A stretch of DNA of 64,000 bases, taken from the IMG/VR virus record IMGVR_UViG_3300031772_000008, one strand, 5' to 3'. Every line of letters starts with the position of its first letter. The stretch's first letter is position 1. Below are positions 8,561-18,543 of the stretch, one piece after another. This stretch comes from an uncultured virus (IMG/VR IMGVR_UViG_3300031772_000008). Lineage: Duplodnaviria; Heunggongvirae; Uroviricota; Caudoviricetes. Below the pieces are notes generated by a model that was not told the origin of the DNA, made no database searches, and saw only the letters and a list, made by a program, of their open reading frames with translations. Position numbers and translations under genes: made by a program.

Positions 8561-8893
8561 AATTAACTTCTGATTCCCGTCTGGAAGACCTATAACTTCG
8601 AAGTGCTGTCCTCTAAAGTCTTTAAGTATTGTCCCTAGTGTAAAACTCTGGTATTTCTTCCTGCACATGCAGACTATTTCGTATCTGTTTATAACTGCGC
8701 CTTTGTGAAATCCAAAAGGGTCTGGGTCATTCACAATAAGAAGTGCGTCCGGGTCCATGCTTAATACTCTACGTTTAAGATAGCGTGCATGGTCTCTTAT
8801 TCTTCTGTTTTCTTCCTTGCATTCCTCACATATAACAGAATGAAATGCTTTTGTTTCTACATCCGATCCGCATTCCCTACAGCGTGTAATCAT
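8546..8893 (-). CDS. Zn-finger hypothetical protein
   Basis: CRECG...CEEC. Confidence 0.6.
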   Translation of the reverse strand: MITRCRECGSDVETKAFHSVICEECKEENRRIRDHARYLKRRVLSMDPDALLIVNDPDPFGFHKGAVINRYEIVCMCRKKYQSFTLGTILKDFRGQHFEVIGLPDGNQKLIRHGT

Positions 8894-9132
8894 TTAGTTA
8901 ACTCCAGGATAGAATAGGCATCTACTACAAGTTTGGGTGCGACTTCAGGCTCTATGTTTGTTATGTAAGTTGCTATCCTTCTTGATTTATCAATGAGTTC
9001 CTCAATTCTTTCAAAAGGCTCTTTGTGTCTTCCATAGGGAGAACCATAGCGTCTTTGTGCTGTCCAGTGTGTATGGCAGTGTCCTTTTGCGTAATACGGT
9101 CTGTTACAGAACCAAACAGTGCATTTTTTCAT
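8890..9132 (-). CDS. Small Cys/His Zn-binding protein
   Basis: C-x4-C..AKGHCHTHW motif of the type often found at the N-terminus of phage HNH proteins. Confidence 0.6.
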   Translation of the reverse strand: MKKCTVWFCNRPYYAKGHCHTHWTAQRRYGSPYGRHKEPFERIEELIDKSRRIATYITNIEPEVAPKLVVDAYSILELTK

Positions 9133-9413
9133 TTTAGTCCTTTCATCATAATTTCCATAGCTTTAATTAAGTCCTCATTAGATTTAATTGCCCGTGCTAA
9201 TTCTGGTATTTTTTTGACAGGTGCTTTAACTATTTTTTCGTTTTCATCCCGTGAAGACGTGATATTAATCTTATAACTCTGGCCGTGTCTATATTTAGCG
9301 TGTACGATACATAGTTTGCGTGCCTCTTCTACATCATGCGCAGCGATATTAAGACTATAAGTATTACCTGTCTTATTACCAAGATAGTATTTTACAATAT
9401 ACCAGTTAATCAT
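9129..9413 (-). CDS. Hypothetical protein
   Basis: Coupled to the downstream ORF. Confidence 0.6.
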   Translation of the reverse strand: MINWYIVKYYLGNKTGNTYSLNIAAHDVEEARKLCIVHAKYRHGQSYKINITSSRDENEKIVKAPVKKIPELARAIKSNEDLIKAMEIMMKGLK

Positions 9414-9549
9414 TTATCACTCACTCTATCATCCAATGATTTTAGGTGATATTCTAGTTCTTTTATGCGATTATAAAATATACGAAATTCAATGAAACAA
9501 ATAACCGCAAGTACATTAATGAGTGCATACAATATATTTATTTGCGTGT

Positions 9550-9846
9550 TCATTTTGACTCCTTATAGTCTTCATCGTAGATCAAAGACGCTACAGCTTT
9601 ACATAGTGTACAATCGTAATTGGGTGTGCAGGTGCATTCCTCATTTGCCAAGTCCTCAAGTATAGAGGCTGTTTCCTGCATACGTGCAATGTCATCCCAG
9701 TCTCTATGCTCATCTACCATTTGAGATGCTATTTTCCACGCTGAAAGTGCTAAGGCTAAAATATGATTCTGAGGGTGAATAGTAGGGGTGGTATCTGGCC
9801 ACCCCTTTTCTGGTTCGTTTGAGGTCATGTCAATTCCGAGTGTCAT
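9550..9846 (-). CDS. Hypothetical protein
   Basis: AGGAGG RBS. Confidence 0.6.
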   Translation of the reverse strand: MTLGIDMTSNEPEKGWPDTTPTIHPQNHILALALSAWKIASQMVDEHRDWDDIARMQETASILEDLANEECTCTPNYDCTLCKAVASLIYDEDYKESK

Positions 9847-10144
9847 TTTCCTCCTAAAGCTGCGTTAATAGAACCTAAAGCGGTTAATACTACGATACCT
9901 ATAATAAAAATAGGTAGAACACATAGTAATAAAGACCCGCATATTCCTACTAATGCTACGATGATACTTCCAAGTATCTCCATTTCAGTCTCCTATTTTG
10001 TATATAATTCTAGTGATTTTAGAATAGCCCAGGACATAATACCGCATAAAAAGACCCATGCTAAAATCCCTATGATGAATTCGACAGTGCTGGACCAATT
10101 TAAGCGGTGCTTTCGTGCGTGTGAGTGACTTCGTGGTTTATATA

Positions 10145-10399
10145 TCATTGTGTCGCCTTTTCGATTGCTTTTCGTAGTGCTGGTGCTACGATTGTATTTT
10201 CAGGATCGATTACATTATATATTTCACCCCGTATTAATGCTAGTGCTAATTCACAAGCAATTAATAGGTCTGGTGCAGCGGATACAAGTTGTCCGTCTTC
10301 TGGATTAAATGTAACGGCAATATTTTCTCCCGTTACTTCATCATAGACAAGACCCTGAAGACTGTCTTTTTTTGTTGCGTTGTACCATTGAGTAGTCAT
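10145..10399 (-). CDS. Phage protein, LVSAAPDLL family
   Basis: A/SAAPD motif, paralogous to 10636..10908. Confidence 0.7.
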   Translation of the reverse strand: MTTQWYNATKKDSLQGLVYDEVTGENIAVTFNPEDGQLVSAAPDLLIACELALALIRGEIYNVIDPENTIVAPALRKAIEKATQ

Positions 10400-10403
10400 G
10401 TCA

Positions 10404-10634
10404 TTATCCTTCCTTAAAATAGTTGTATCGTGATTTAGAGACGCGTATTATATATAATTCGTCGTCAATCTCAAGGCTTATTACTCCTTTGCGCGCGTCA
10501 ACAAATTGATTGGTGATACGCTCGGTGTCCATGATCGGGTGTATGTTGTCTAGTCCAGCTAGACCCATGATTGTATCGTAAATTTCATCTGTCAATTCAC
10601 GTTTGTTAATTGTCGGTGCTGTATGAGTAGTCAT
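10404..10634 (-). CDS. Hypothetical protein
   Basis: AAGGA RBS; tightly packed. Confidence 0.6.
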   Translation of the reverse strand: MTTHTAPTINKRELTDEIYDTIMGLAGLDNIHPIMDTERITNQFVDARKGVISLEIDDELYIIRVSKSRYNYFKEG

Positions 10635-10635
10635 G

Positions 10636-10908
10636 TTAGATTCCTTTTGCTTTTGAGATTGCGGCGCGGGCTGTGGTTAATTCGGGGTATTCTTCTAGCC
10701 AATGTGCTTTGTGCCCGGATAGGTATGCAAACTCTTCCAGTAGTGCAATGCATTCTTCTAGTGCGATTGCCATGTCTGGCGCGGCGGAAATAAATTTAGC
10801 TGTTTCGTTTGTATCAGCCTCACAAACTATATGCCACGCGTGAATTCTATATTCCCCTGATTCGACGTAATTGTCTTTGGCGTACCAAGGTCCTGGTGTG
10901 TGTGTCAT
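10636..10908 (-). CDS. Phage protein, HTPGPW...ISAAPD family
   Basis: Typical N-terminal HTPGPW and AAPD motifs. Confidence 0.75.
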   Translation of the reverse strand: MTHTPGPWYAKDNYVESGEYRIHAWHIVCEADTNETAKFISAAPDMAIALEECIALLEEFAYLSGHKAHWLEEYPELTTARAAISKAKGI

Positions 10909-10909
10909 G

Positions 10910-11119
10910 TTATAACTCCCTTCTCATTGGTATAACTTCATAGATACTTAACCAATATCCCCCGATAACATAACCAGTGTGATAAGATTTTCCGCTTGTA
11001 GTATCTACGTACATTTTATCTACATGCGTACACCCTATCTTTTCGGTTAGTTCCTTGCGGGGGTGTGTTAATCCGTTGTAATGCTTTCCGTATTGATCGA
11101 TTGCCATATAGAATTTCAT
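10910..11119 (-). CDS. Hypothetical phage protein
   Basis: GAGGA RBS before ATG at 11119. Confidence 0.65.
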   Translation of the reverse strand: MKFYMAIDQYGKHYNGLTHPRKELTEKIGCTHVDKMYVDTTSGKSYHTGYVIGGYWLSIYEVIPMRREL

Positions 11120-11152
11120 ATTATCCTCTTTTCTTGTGCTATTCTGCACACT

Positions 11153-11179
11153 TGAGGGCGTGATTCGGCTCGCGCCCTC
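11153..11179. terminator. GC-rich hairpin between genes
   Basis: GAGGGCGTGA-TTCGGC-TCGCGCCCTC. Confidence 0.45.
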
Positions 11180-11201
11180 CATGTGTATAGATTAGCTTAT
11201 A

Positions 11202-11675
11202 TTAATCTACGATACAAGGCATGATAAGTGCTTTTTGAATTGATTCTTTATTATCCAGGCTGGTAACTGTAAACGGCTCCCTGGTGCTATAGAATGTTAG
11301 TACAACCTTCCCACTGAACCCGGAAAGCGCGTCAATAAGATATTTTGCATCTGCCCCAATTGTAAAACAAGTCTTTCCGCGTGGCATAACCTGGTCGATA
11401 TCGGGGTAATTCTGAGGGGGTGTGTCAAACTCAGCCAGTGTGTCAGCGTGTAAAGACTTTGAGACTTGCTTAATCACAGTGTCTTTAGCCAGGTTTAACT
11501 CTTTAATACATTCTGGTGTAGGTATGAAGTGTATACGATAACCGTCTACAGCTACGGTTACACCATTCTTTACTTGTATACTGCTTAAAGTGTCTCTCAT
11601 AGGATCAGTGCTACGTGCTTTATTCAGCCAGTTCAGTAATTTTGTTTCCTCTTTATTCGGTTTTATTGTAATCAT
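11202..11675 (-). CDS. Truncated DNA polymerase III beta-clamp-like protein
   Basis: VAVDGYRIH, NYPDIDQVMP, IGADAKYLID and ALIMP resemble clamp motifs ATDGHRL, YP.Y..VIP, FN..YL.D and LIMP. Confidence 0.6.
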   Translation of the reverse strand: MITIKPNKEETKLLNWLNKARSTDPMRDTLSSIQVKNGVTVAVDGYRIHFIPTPECIKELNLAKDTVIKQVSKSLHADTLAEFDTPPQNYPDIDQVMPRGKTCFTIGADAKYLIDALSGFSGKVVLTFYSTREPFTVTSLDNKESIQKALIMPCIVD

Positions 11676-11944
11676 TTTAGACTCCTTACATAAGTTTTTG
11701 CAGATTCCAGTGTATTAAATATTTGATCGTGTGTTATATATAATCCGCTTGCTGTTACAAGTTCCAATATCTTAAAATAGAATTTAGGCGGTTTATCATA
11801 ACTTAAATTACCCTGGATATAATACGAGTGCTTATAATTGTGTTCCTCATAGGCCAGACAATTTCCGCATTGTAAACCAGACCCCGATAAAAATATATCG
11901 TTTGCGTTGCATGGTCGTGCTAAACCTTCGGTGGTGTGTTTCAT
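11672..11944 (-). CDS. Hypothetical protein
   Basis: GGAG RBS. Confidence 0.6.
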   Translation of the reverse strand: MKHTTEGLARPCNANDIFLSGSGLQCGNCLAYEEHNYKHSYYIQGNLSYDKPPKFYFKILELVTASGLYITHDQIFNTLESAKTYVRSLK

Positions 11945-11985
11945 TGTAGACTCCTTCCCCGTATAGCCGATAGGACAGCTATATA

Positions 11986-12336
11986 TTATATATATGCTTT
12001 CACAAAAGCGCGTGCTTGCTTAAGTGTGTTAAATTGCTGGAATTCAGATAATAAATCAATCCGACCATTTAAGCGCATTATTCTAACCGTGTATAATCTG
12101 GTGGGTTGACGGTCTAAATAATCATCACGTTCCGAAGTGATAAAACATACGCCTTCTTTAACCTGGTAGATATCATCATACACTTTCGAGTTAAACCAGC
12201 GCATAGTATCAGGTGAGAAAAAATAAAAACCAAGTGCTGCGTTTAACCCTTCGATTTGTTCAATTCGGTCAAATTTGCTTATATCTATAACCGTTCCGGT
12301 GTGATCGATTAACTTTTCATTCTCTAGTGTTATCAT
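11986..12336 (-). CDS. Conserved phage early protein (FFSPDTMRWF..FITSE family)
   Basis: Recognisable phage motif; RBS. Confidence 0.7.
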   Translation of the reverse strand: MITLENEKLIDHTGTVIDISKFDRIEQIEGLNAALGFYFFSPDTMRWFNSKVYDDIYQVKEGVCFITSERDDYLDRQPTRLYTVRIMRLNGRIDLLSEFQQFNTLKQARAFVKAYI

Positions 12337-12351
12337 TTTAAGACTCCTATT

Positions 12352-12573
12352 CTATTGTGTATATTTGTCTATTAAGTAGTGTGCTGCAAACGATGCAATA
12401 TCTGATCGGTCAAAATAATCCTTAATACCCAAGTCGAAGGCACGATGTAAAAAGATTAAGTACATTTCGTCAAATGAATATTTGTGAAAGTCTACCGCGG
12501 TACTTAATCCGGCTTGACGTGCCAATTTAATGGCCGTTGCTTTTACTTGTGTTTCAGTTAATCTATATTCCAT
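12352..12573 (-). CDS. Hypothetical protein
   Basis: AGGAG RBS. Confidence 0.6.
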   Translation of the reverse strand: MEYRLTETQVKATAIKLARQAGLSTAVDFHKYSFDEMYLIFLHRAFDLGIKDYFDRSDIASFAAHYLIDKYTQ

Positions 12574-12582
12574 TGTAGACTC

Positions 12583-12840
12583 CTATATAAGTATACTGAT
12601 ATTACAAGTGATAACATTGCAAGCTAGGCCAAAAGCGGGGTTCCATGTGAAGTGGGATTCATCTTCGAGTGTACTAATTACCACGAACCCGTTAACCTCA
12701 TCAGCTATAGTGTAAAAATTCTGCATATAATCATCGATTGCAATGATATCCTCAGGTGATAAACCAGAAGAGTCGGCATTAATTAAATATGGTAAAGAAT
12801 AATCGGGTATATCTTCCTTAAAAGTATCATGTGTTTTCAT
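12583..12840 (-). CDS. Conserved small phage protein (LPYLINADSSGL family)
   Basis: Recognisable motif; AAGGAG RBS. Confidence 0.7.
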   Translation of the reverse strand: MKTHDTFKEDIPDYSLPYLINADSSGLSPEDIIAIDDYMQNFYTIADEVNGFVVISTLEDESHFTWNPAFGLACNVITCNISILI

Positions 12841-12931
12841 GTTTGACTCCTTTGTTGCTTATATACTACATGATAATATGTAATATACGCGTACTATATT
12901 TAAGTGTGCAGTGTAATATAAATTAAGTGAT

Positions 12932-13000
12932 TAAGTGTGTGTGTGCTCAAGTGTGTGTGTTTTAATCCGTGTGTGTTTAAGTGTGTCAGCGCGCGGGGGG
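12932..13000. repeat. Interrupted (GT)n repeats ending in GCGCGC-G6
   Basis: AAGTGTGTG-type units visible in the divergent intergenic region. Confidence 0.8.
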
Positions 13001-13019
13001 TTAGATGACCAGGATAATT

Positions 13020-13133
13020 AGCTCATACGTTCTAAGAACCGGTAATTAGCTCATTTGTTCTAATCTGGGCTATGAATTGCATATATAATGAGGGAACTCC
13101 CAAAATAGGCTAAAATTAGAACACGCGTTCTAA
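13020..13133. promoter_or_regulatory. LexA/SOS-type boxes (one perfect AGAAC-N4-GTTCT, two degenerate)
   Basis: AGAAC-ACGC-GTTCT 13118-13131; AGCTC-N4-GTTCT at 13020 and 13048. Confidence 0.6.
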
Positions 13134-13334
13134 TCTGGCTATGGGTCCAACTAGGCAAAGTTAATTGCAAATCGTTGTAATATAGTTGTAATAAATGTTG
13201 TATTAAATTGCAATCAAATGTCATAAATTAATTGACATTCGTCATGTTAAATAAGGATAAATTTAATTTACAAGACTATTGTAACTTGATATACTGATCC
13301 TATATCTTAACCCTAGACATGAAAGGATTCTAAA

Positions 13335-13610
13335 ATGATTAAGCACGTCGCAAATTGTCCGAATTCTAAGGTAAATTATCTTCCCACAGGTGGCACCACT
13401 TGTATAGTATGCGAATGCGACATGACCAACCCGACGATTAAACCGGTCAAGACTGGTGGTTGGAGATGTGAGCATTGTAACCGATCACTTCCCAAGACTG
13501 GTTATATATGGTCACATCGATATAACGCGTGGAATATGCGACACGAATCTACATCTGGTTATTATTGCGATTATTGCGCTGATTCACGTGAATCTGGAAT
13601 GGATTATTAA
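13335..13610 (+). CDS. Cys-rich Zn-finger protein
   Basis: AAGGA RBS; three CxxC motifs. Confidence 0.6.
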   Translation: MIKHVANCPNSKVNYLPTGGTTCIVCECDMTNPTIKPVKTGGWRCEHCNRSLPKTGYIWSHRYNAWNMRHESTSGYYCDYCADSRESGMDY

Positions 13611-13979
13611 CATGACAGACAGGCCCAACCCTCAAACAGAGTACGACTATAACCATAACCTTGACATGCTGGAATCACTGCTCAATAGTAAAATTTAGTC
13701 AAACAACGTTATTAGATTAATAGCCATAAGAACCAGAATAGCAAAAAACGCGATTAAAGCCGAAAATAATTTCATATCACTGGTCACTAGCCAAACCGTT
13801 TATAAATTATGCAACGATAGATTAATCAGACGCCAAACTAGGCTAGACAAAATACTGAAAGGATTAAACAAATGATATCAGCGGGCTTAATTTTACTAGT
13901 TTTGTTAATGCTTATCGCCGGGCCAATCTTCATTGGAATCATATCAACCATAGATAACATGTATAAATGAGAGGATAAA

Positions 13980-14684
13980 ATGAAAACCAATCTTTCCACG
14001 CTAAAATTAATCAAATGCCAATCTGGTTTAATAAGGATAGCATTAACCTATAAGGATCAACCTAACCAATATGAAAGCTTTTGGGTAATTGGAAAGAACG
14101 AAATAGAATATGCAATCAATCGTCTATTAGGAAAAGAGAAAACGAGCCTTATTATAGATGACGGCAACTATCATCTAAAATTCGGGGTAGATGGTATCCT
14201 CTGCACTGATCTTTCAAGTAACCCTGTTATTCGTCATTACGTAACCTTCCCCGGAAATCTATTGGCGGATAAACTATCAATAGTTAATCAATGGACTTAT
14301 CAAGAGGACTATAAAAGAGATTCTGAGAATACCTTAATCGTTGACCCTTCCCTAATCTATGAGTATGCTTATTCTTATAGGAATAAATCAAAAGTTATTT
14401 ATCACGATACTGAAGAATACAGCGTTAAGCAAATTATTATCAACCTCCTGAGGGACGACAAGACCAAAGATTATTTCAAACGTCAATTAAAATCGTTCGT
14501 TCGACAAGTCGGTCAAATTAACGGTACTTTACATCTATACCTTGACTCTTATAATGAAAGAACTCAAGCCTATCCTTCGCTATACTTTTGTTTATTAGAC
14601 AGCAAAGGTAATAGAGATTATAACGGCGGGATTATTAATCACTCTAAAGACAAGCTTATCCCTGATTATTCTATGCATACATAA
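13980..14684 (+). CDS. Hypothetical protein
   Basis: GAGGA RBS; C-terminal YNGGII.H...YSMHT motif seen in phage proteins. Confidence 0.7.
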   Translation: MKTNLSTLKLIKCQSGLIRIALTYKDQPNQYESFWVIGKNEIEYAINRLLGKEKTSLIIDDGNYHLKFGVDGILCTDLSSNPVIRHYVTFPGNLLADKLSIVNQWTYQEDYKRDSENTLIVDPSLIYEYAYSYRNKSKVIYHDTEEYSVKQIIINLLRDDKTKDYFKRQLKSFVRQVGQINGTLHLYLDSYNERTQAYPSLYFCLLDSKGNRDYNGGIINHSKDKLIPDYSMHT

Positions 14685-14929
14685 GCGGATTAAACCCTAC
14701 CCCCCCCTCCTCAAGGACCCAACACCATGAAAGCGAGGACACCATGAAAGCATAGACACCATAGCCCGATCACAGCCAGCCATCTAAACCGGATGGCTGG
14801 CAATCGTTCCCAATGGACAAACCGCGACTATCTCACACCTCGGCGTAAAGATTAACATTTTCTGCTTTGAGGTCGAGGAAGGGGTGGGGTAAAAAAGGGT
14901 ATGAGTGAAAGATTGGGTGAACGCGGGTA

Positions 14930-15077
14930 TTGACAGGTGGAGGAAATGTGGTAGACTTAGGTGGTCTAGTGAAGTGAGGCGTTTTTTATTTGCCGGTAAA
15001 ACAGTCCTTCTTATGTAAACGTCTGCTTCCTAGACAGAATCGGCAAAGCATGAGAGGGACTGTTTTATAGAGGATGA
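14930..15077 (+). promoter_or_regulatory. Promoter (TTGACA-N16-TAGACT) + A-B-C-A'-B'-C' leader, copy 2
   Basis: A 14964-84/A' 15017-35; B 14989-95/B' 15041-47; C 14997-15015/C' 15049-67; GAGGA RBS follows. Confidence 0.7.
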
Positions 15078-15560
15078 ATGAACTATTACGAATACTTGCA
15101 ATCTGAGTTATGGGGAAAGCGCAGATACGCTGCATTAGAGAGGGCTGATTTTAAGTGTGAGTTATGCGGGGAAATAGATAGTTTAGAGGTACACCATAGG
15201 ACATACGATAGGCTGGGTGACGAAGACCCTGGTGATCTTATTGTTATATGCAAGAGTCATCATTGGGAAGAACATGTACCGAAAGATGTTGTTGTGCATG
15301 TTCCTAGTAAAGCGAAAGAATGTGCTTATGTTATTGGGACTAACAGAAAGATAAGCAAGCTGATGGATTTATATACTGCTATGGGAACGATTGGAGAGCG
15401 CGAGGAAATGCGCGTTGAGATAGATGAACTAGAGAAGTTGCTTAATAAGCACTATAAGAGGGGTAATTGTTCTGTGTGCCCACCGTTGAAGAAAAAACGC
15501 CTATCCAAGAAGGAGAGGAAGGTTATGCGGATGAAATTTAATAAAATGGGAAGGCGATAA
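15078..15560 (+). CDS. HNH endonuclease
   Basis: YYEYLQSELW..R...CELCG...LEVHH.TY...LIVICKSHH. Confidence 0.85.
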   Translation: MNYYEYLQSELWGKRRYAALERADFKCELCGEIDSLEVHHRTYDRLGDEDPGDLIVICKSHHWEEHVPKDVVVHVPSKAKECAYVIGTNRKISKLMDLYTAMGTIGEREEMRVEIDELEKLLNKHYKRGNCSVCPPLKKKRLSKKERKVMRMKFNKMGRR

Positions 15561-15562
15561 TT

Positions 15563-16507
15563 ATGATAGAACTAATAAACAGTAATGCACTTAGGATACC
15601 TTTGGAAGATGAGAGTATTCAGATGTGTGTTACGAGTCCTCCCTACTGGAATTTGCGTGATTATGGTTTATCGGATCAACTGGGATTAGAAAAAACCCCT
15701 GAGGAATATGTCGATAATCTTGTATGTGTTTTTCGTGAGGTAAAGCGTGTATTACGCAAAGATGGTGTATTGTTTTTGAATTTAGGGGATAGTTATGCTG
15801 GTAGTGGTAGAGGAAATAATCCAAATGGAAAGCAAGGCACAAATAAGGGAACATTATTCGACCCTGATAATAGTGGATATGTGCCCAATGGTTTGAAACC
15901 CAAAGACCTCATTGGCATTCCCTGGCGTGTAGCGTTTGCGTTACAGGCTGACGGGTGGTGGTTGAGGTCGGACATTATATGGCACAAGCCTAACCCGATG
16001 CCTGAGAGTGTGACAGATAGACCAACGAAGTCGCATGAGTATATGTTCCTATTGACGAAAAGTGCGAGGTATTACTATGACGCGGATGCGGTGAAAGAAC
16101 CGCTGGCAGATAGTACACTAGCAGATAAGAGAAATGGTAAGGGGAGATTGACAACGGGTGATAATACGAAATACGATTTACCGCCCTGTTCGTGGTATCG
16201 CAATCGGAAGTTTACTAATCCTGCGTTAGGTCGTAACCTCCGTTCTGTCTGGACAATCCCAACCCAGAGTTATTCGGGGGCGCATTTTGCCACATATCCT
16301 GAAAAGTTAGTCGAGCCGTGTATCAAGGCAGGAAGTAAGGCAGGCGACATTATTCTCGACCCATTTGTTGGAAGTGGGACAACTTTACTCGTTGCAAGAA
16401 ATCTAGGTCGTTCTGCAATAGGACTTGATCTAAGTTATACTTATCTGCACGACCAAGCCTCTAAAAGATTGGAACTCGATAAACTAAAGAAGTGGACTAA
16501 TGTATAA
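15563..16507 (+). CDS. DNA methyltransferase (N4-C/N6-A, beta class)
   Basis: VTSPPY catalytic motif, HFATYP, and the DPFVGSGTT SAM-binding motif. Confidence 0.92.
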   Translation: MIELINSNALRIPLEDESIQMCVTSPPYWNLRDYGLSDQLGLEKTPEEYVDNLVCVFREVKRVLRKDGVLFLNLGDSYAGSGRGNNPNGKQGTNKGTLFDPDNSGYVPNGLKPKDLIGIPWRVAFALQADGWWLRSDIIWHKPNPMPESVTDRPTKSHEYMFLLTKSARYYYDADAVKEPLADSTLADKRNGKGRLTTGDNTKYDLPPCSWYRNRKFTNPALGRNLRSVWTIPTQSYSGAHFATYPEKLVEPCIKAGSKAGDIILDPFVGSGTTLLVARNLGRSAIGLDLSYTYLHDQASKRLELDKLKKWTNV

Positions 16508-16543
16508 ACTATACACAGAAGATATACTTACTTGGGCGCAAGC

Positions 16544-17065
16544 CTATAAAGACAATTCGTTTCTCTGGATTTCTGCCTCTACTATTCTGTGGCATGGAGA
16601 GCAATAAGTGATGAGATTGGATAAATCGTTTGCTTCTATATATCTTTCAATCCCGAATAAACGAAATGGGACAATGTGGTGAACACTGAATCCAGACTCA
16701 TAACACCTTTGACAGGTTCTCCTATCTCTGGATATAGCTTTTCTGCGTTGAGCGTGCCAGTTCGGGCCATGTTGTTCGCTTGCGCTTCCATTAATGTATT
16801 GCGGATGATTTTCCCCCTTGCGATGCTCATCCCTGCATTTACGGGAGCAATATTTACCAATCCCCTTTCTTTGACCAATACGACTTCTAGGAACAAAGAA
16901 TGTTTTTTCACAAGCAATACAAATAAATTCAACTTTCTTTCCTTGTCTATTTTTTATAGCTTCGTATTGACATTTTGGAGAGCAATATTTTCCTCTCCCA
17001 TATTTTATTCTAGATTCCCATCGCTCAAAGGAGACTCCGCATTGAGAGCATATAATAGTTATCAT
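16544..17065 (-). CDS. HNH endonuclease with Zn-finger repeats, inverted between two MTase genes
   Basis: CxxC..YCS repeats; CQRC..VHHIVPF..ANDLSNLITYCSPCH; own promoter. Confidence 0.85.
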   Translation of the reverse strand: MITIICSQCGVSFERWESRIKYGRGKYCSPKCQYEAIKNRQGKKVEFICIACEKTFFVPRSRIGQRKGIGKYCSRKCRDEHRKGENHPQYINGSASEQHGPNWHAQRRKAISRDRRTCQRCYESGFSVHHIVPFRLFGIERYIEANDLSNLITYCSPCHRIVEAEIQRNELSL

Positions 17066-17072
17066 GCTGTAA

Positions 17073-17101
17073 ATTATAACATCAAACATGGGATAGTGCA
17101 A
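17073..17101 (-). promoter_or_regulatory. Promoter TTGCAC-N17-TATAAT, 7 nt upstream of ATG (likely leaderless mRNA)
   Basis: Extended -10 TG-T-TATAAT; no SD sequence between the -10 and ATG 17065. Confidence 0.6.
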
Positions 17102-17103
17102 CA

Positions 17104-18543
17104 ATGACGTATAATATTATTAATGCAGACATAAGAGAATGGGCAAAAAAATATGATGGCCCAAAATTCCATGCAATCCTGAGCGATCCACCGTATAATT
17201 TAGAATCCATAACTAAACGCTTCGGGAAAAAGGATTCCGCTCCCGCTAAATTCGGAACAGATGGAGTATACGGGAGACATTCGGGAGGTTTTATGGGGAT
17301 GGTTTGGGACTCATCTGTTGCTTTTGATCCAGAACTGTGGCATGATATTGGACAACACTTACTTCCAGGTGCGTACCTTTTAGCCTTTGGAGGAACTAGG
17401 ACACAACATAGGTTAATCTGTGCGATAGAAGACGCTGGATTTATGATATTTGATTTAATCGCCTGGCTTCATGGGCAAGGATTTCCGAAAAATCATAATA
17501 TATCGAAGCAAATCGACCGCAGTAACGGGGCGAAAAGAGAGGTAATTAGTATATCTAATAGAGGTAGCGGCGCTCAACCGAATAAACTAAATAATCACGC
17601 AAGAGGAGATACTGGTATCGGGTACGCTGATGGAAGTGGAAAGTCTTTCGATATAACTTGCCCTGCTACGGATATGGCAAAAATATGGGATGGTTATGGC
17701 ACTGCTCTAAAACCCGCGTTCGAGATTATTGTCGTGGCTCGCAAACCAGTAGAAGGTACTATTGCAAATAACTGTGTAACATACGGCTCTGGGGCACTCA
17801 ACATAGATGGGTGTAGGGTGGAAGGCGAAGTGCCTAGTGTGCCAATGCCACTTGGAGGTACTGGAAATATTTATGGATTCAAAAACGGAACAGGTCGTAA
17901 TGGAGAGATGAGTACACCAAGTTCTTTGGGTCGCTGGCCTGCTAATCTCATCCACGATGGTAGTGAGGAAGTGCTGGAGGGGTTTCCGCATAGTACAAGC
18001 GGGGCGATGAAGAAACCATATAAATATACAAACAATGGATTCTCGTTGGGTGCACCTGCAGGAAGCACAAAGACAATATGCGAGGCAAGCGAGGGAAGTG
18101 CCGCCCGTTTCTTTTACTGTGCTAAAGCATCAAAGCGAGAGCGTGACCTTGGTTGTGAAGAGATGGAGGAATCAGAACAAGATCATAATAGATTTGATAA
18201 ATGTGCTAAATGTGGAGGTTATTTATTGCAGAACCCAGACAGACCATCAGCTTGTAAATGCGAAGAACCAGAAAGAATACACGCAAAATCCAGAAATTCT
18301 CATCCCACGGTTAAACCCCTCGCCCTTACCGAATACCTTGCTCGACTTATATTACCTCCTGTTGAATATTCCCCACGAAGACTCTTAGTTCCGTTTGCAG
18401 GCTCAGGTAGTGAAATGATCGGCGCTCATCAAGCAGGTTGGGATGAAATCGTCGGAGTAGAACTATCCGAGGAATATACCAAAATTGCAGAAGCAAGGCT
18501 AAAGCACTGGACTTCTATTCCAAAACAAATGGAGTTCAAGTGA
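17104..18543 (+). CDS. DNA methyltransferase (N6-A/N4-C, beta class, with inserts)
   Basis: SDPPY; GRWPAN; FFYCAKAS; HPTVKP; VPFAGSGS. Confidence 0.9.
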   Translation: MTYNIINADIREWAKKYDGPKFHAILSDPPYNLESITKRFGKKDSAPAKFGTDGVYGRHSGGFMGMVWDSSVAFDPELWHDIGQHLLPGAYLLAFGGTRTQHRLICAIEDAGFMIFDLIAWLHGQGFPKNHNISKQIDRSNGAKREVISISNRGSGAQPNKLNNHARGDTGIGYADGSGKSFDITCPATDMAKIWDGYGTALKPAFEIIVVARKPVEGTIANNCVTYGSGALNIDGCRVEGEVPSVPMPLGGTGNIYGFKNGTGRNGEMSTPSSLGRWPANLIHDGSEEVLEGFPHSTSGAMKKPYKYTNNGFSLGAPAGSTKTICEASEGSAARFFYCAKASKRERDLGCEEMEESEQDHNRFDKCAKCGGYLLQNPDRPSACKCEEPERIHAKSRNSHPTVKPLALTEYLARLILPPVEYSPRRLLVPFAGSGSEMIGAHQAGWDEIVGVELSEEYTKIAEARLKHWTSIPKQMEFK

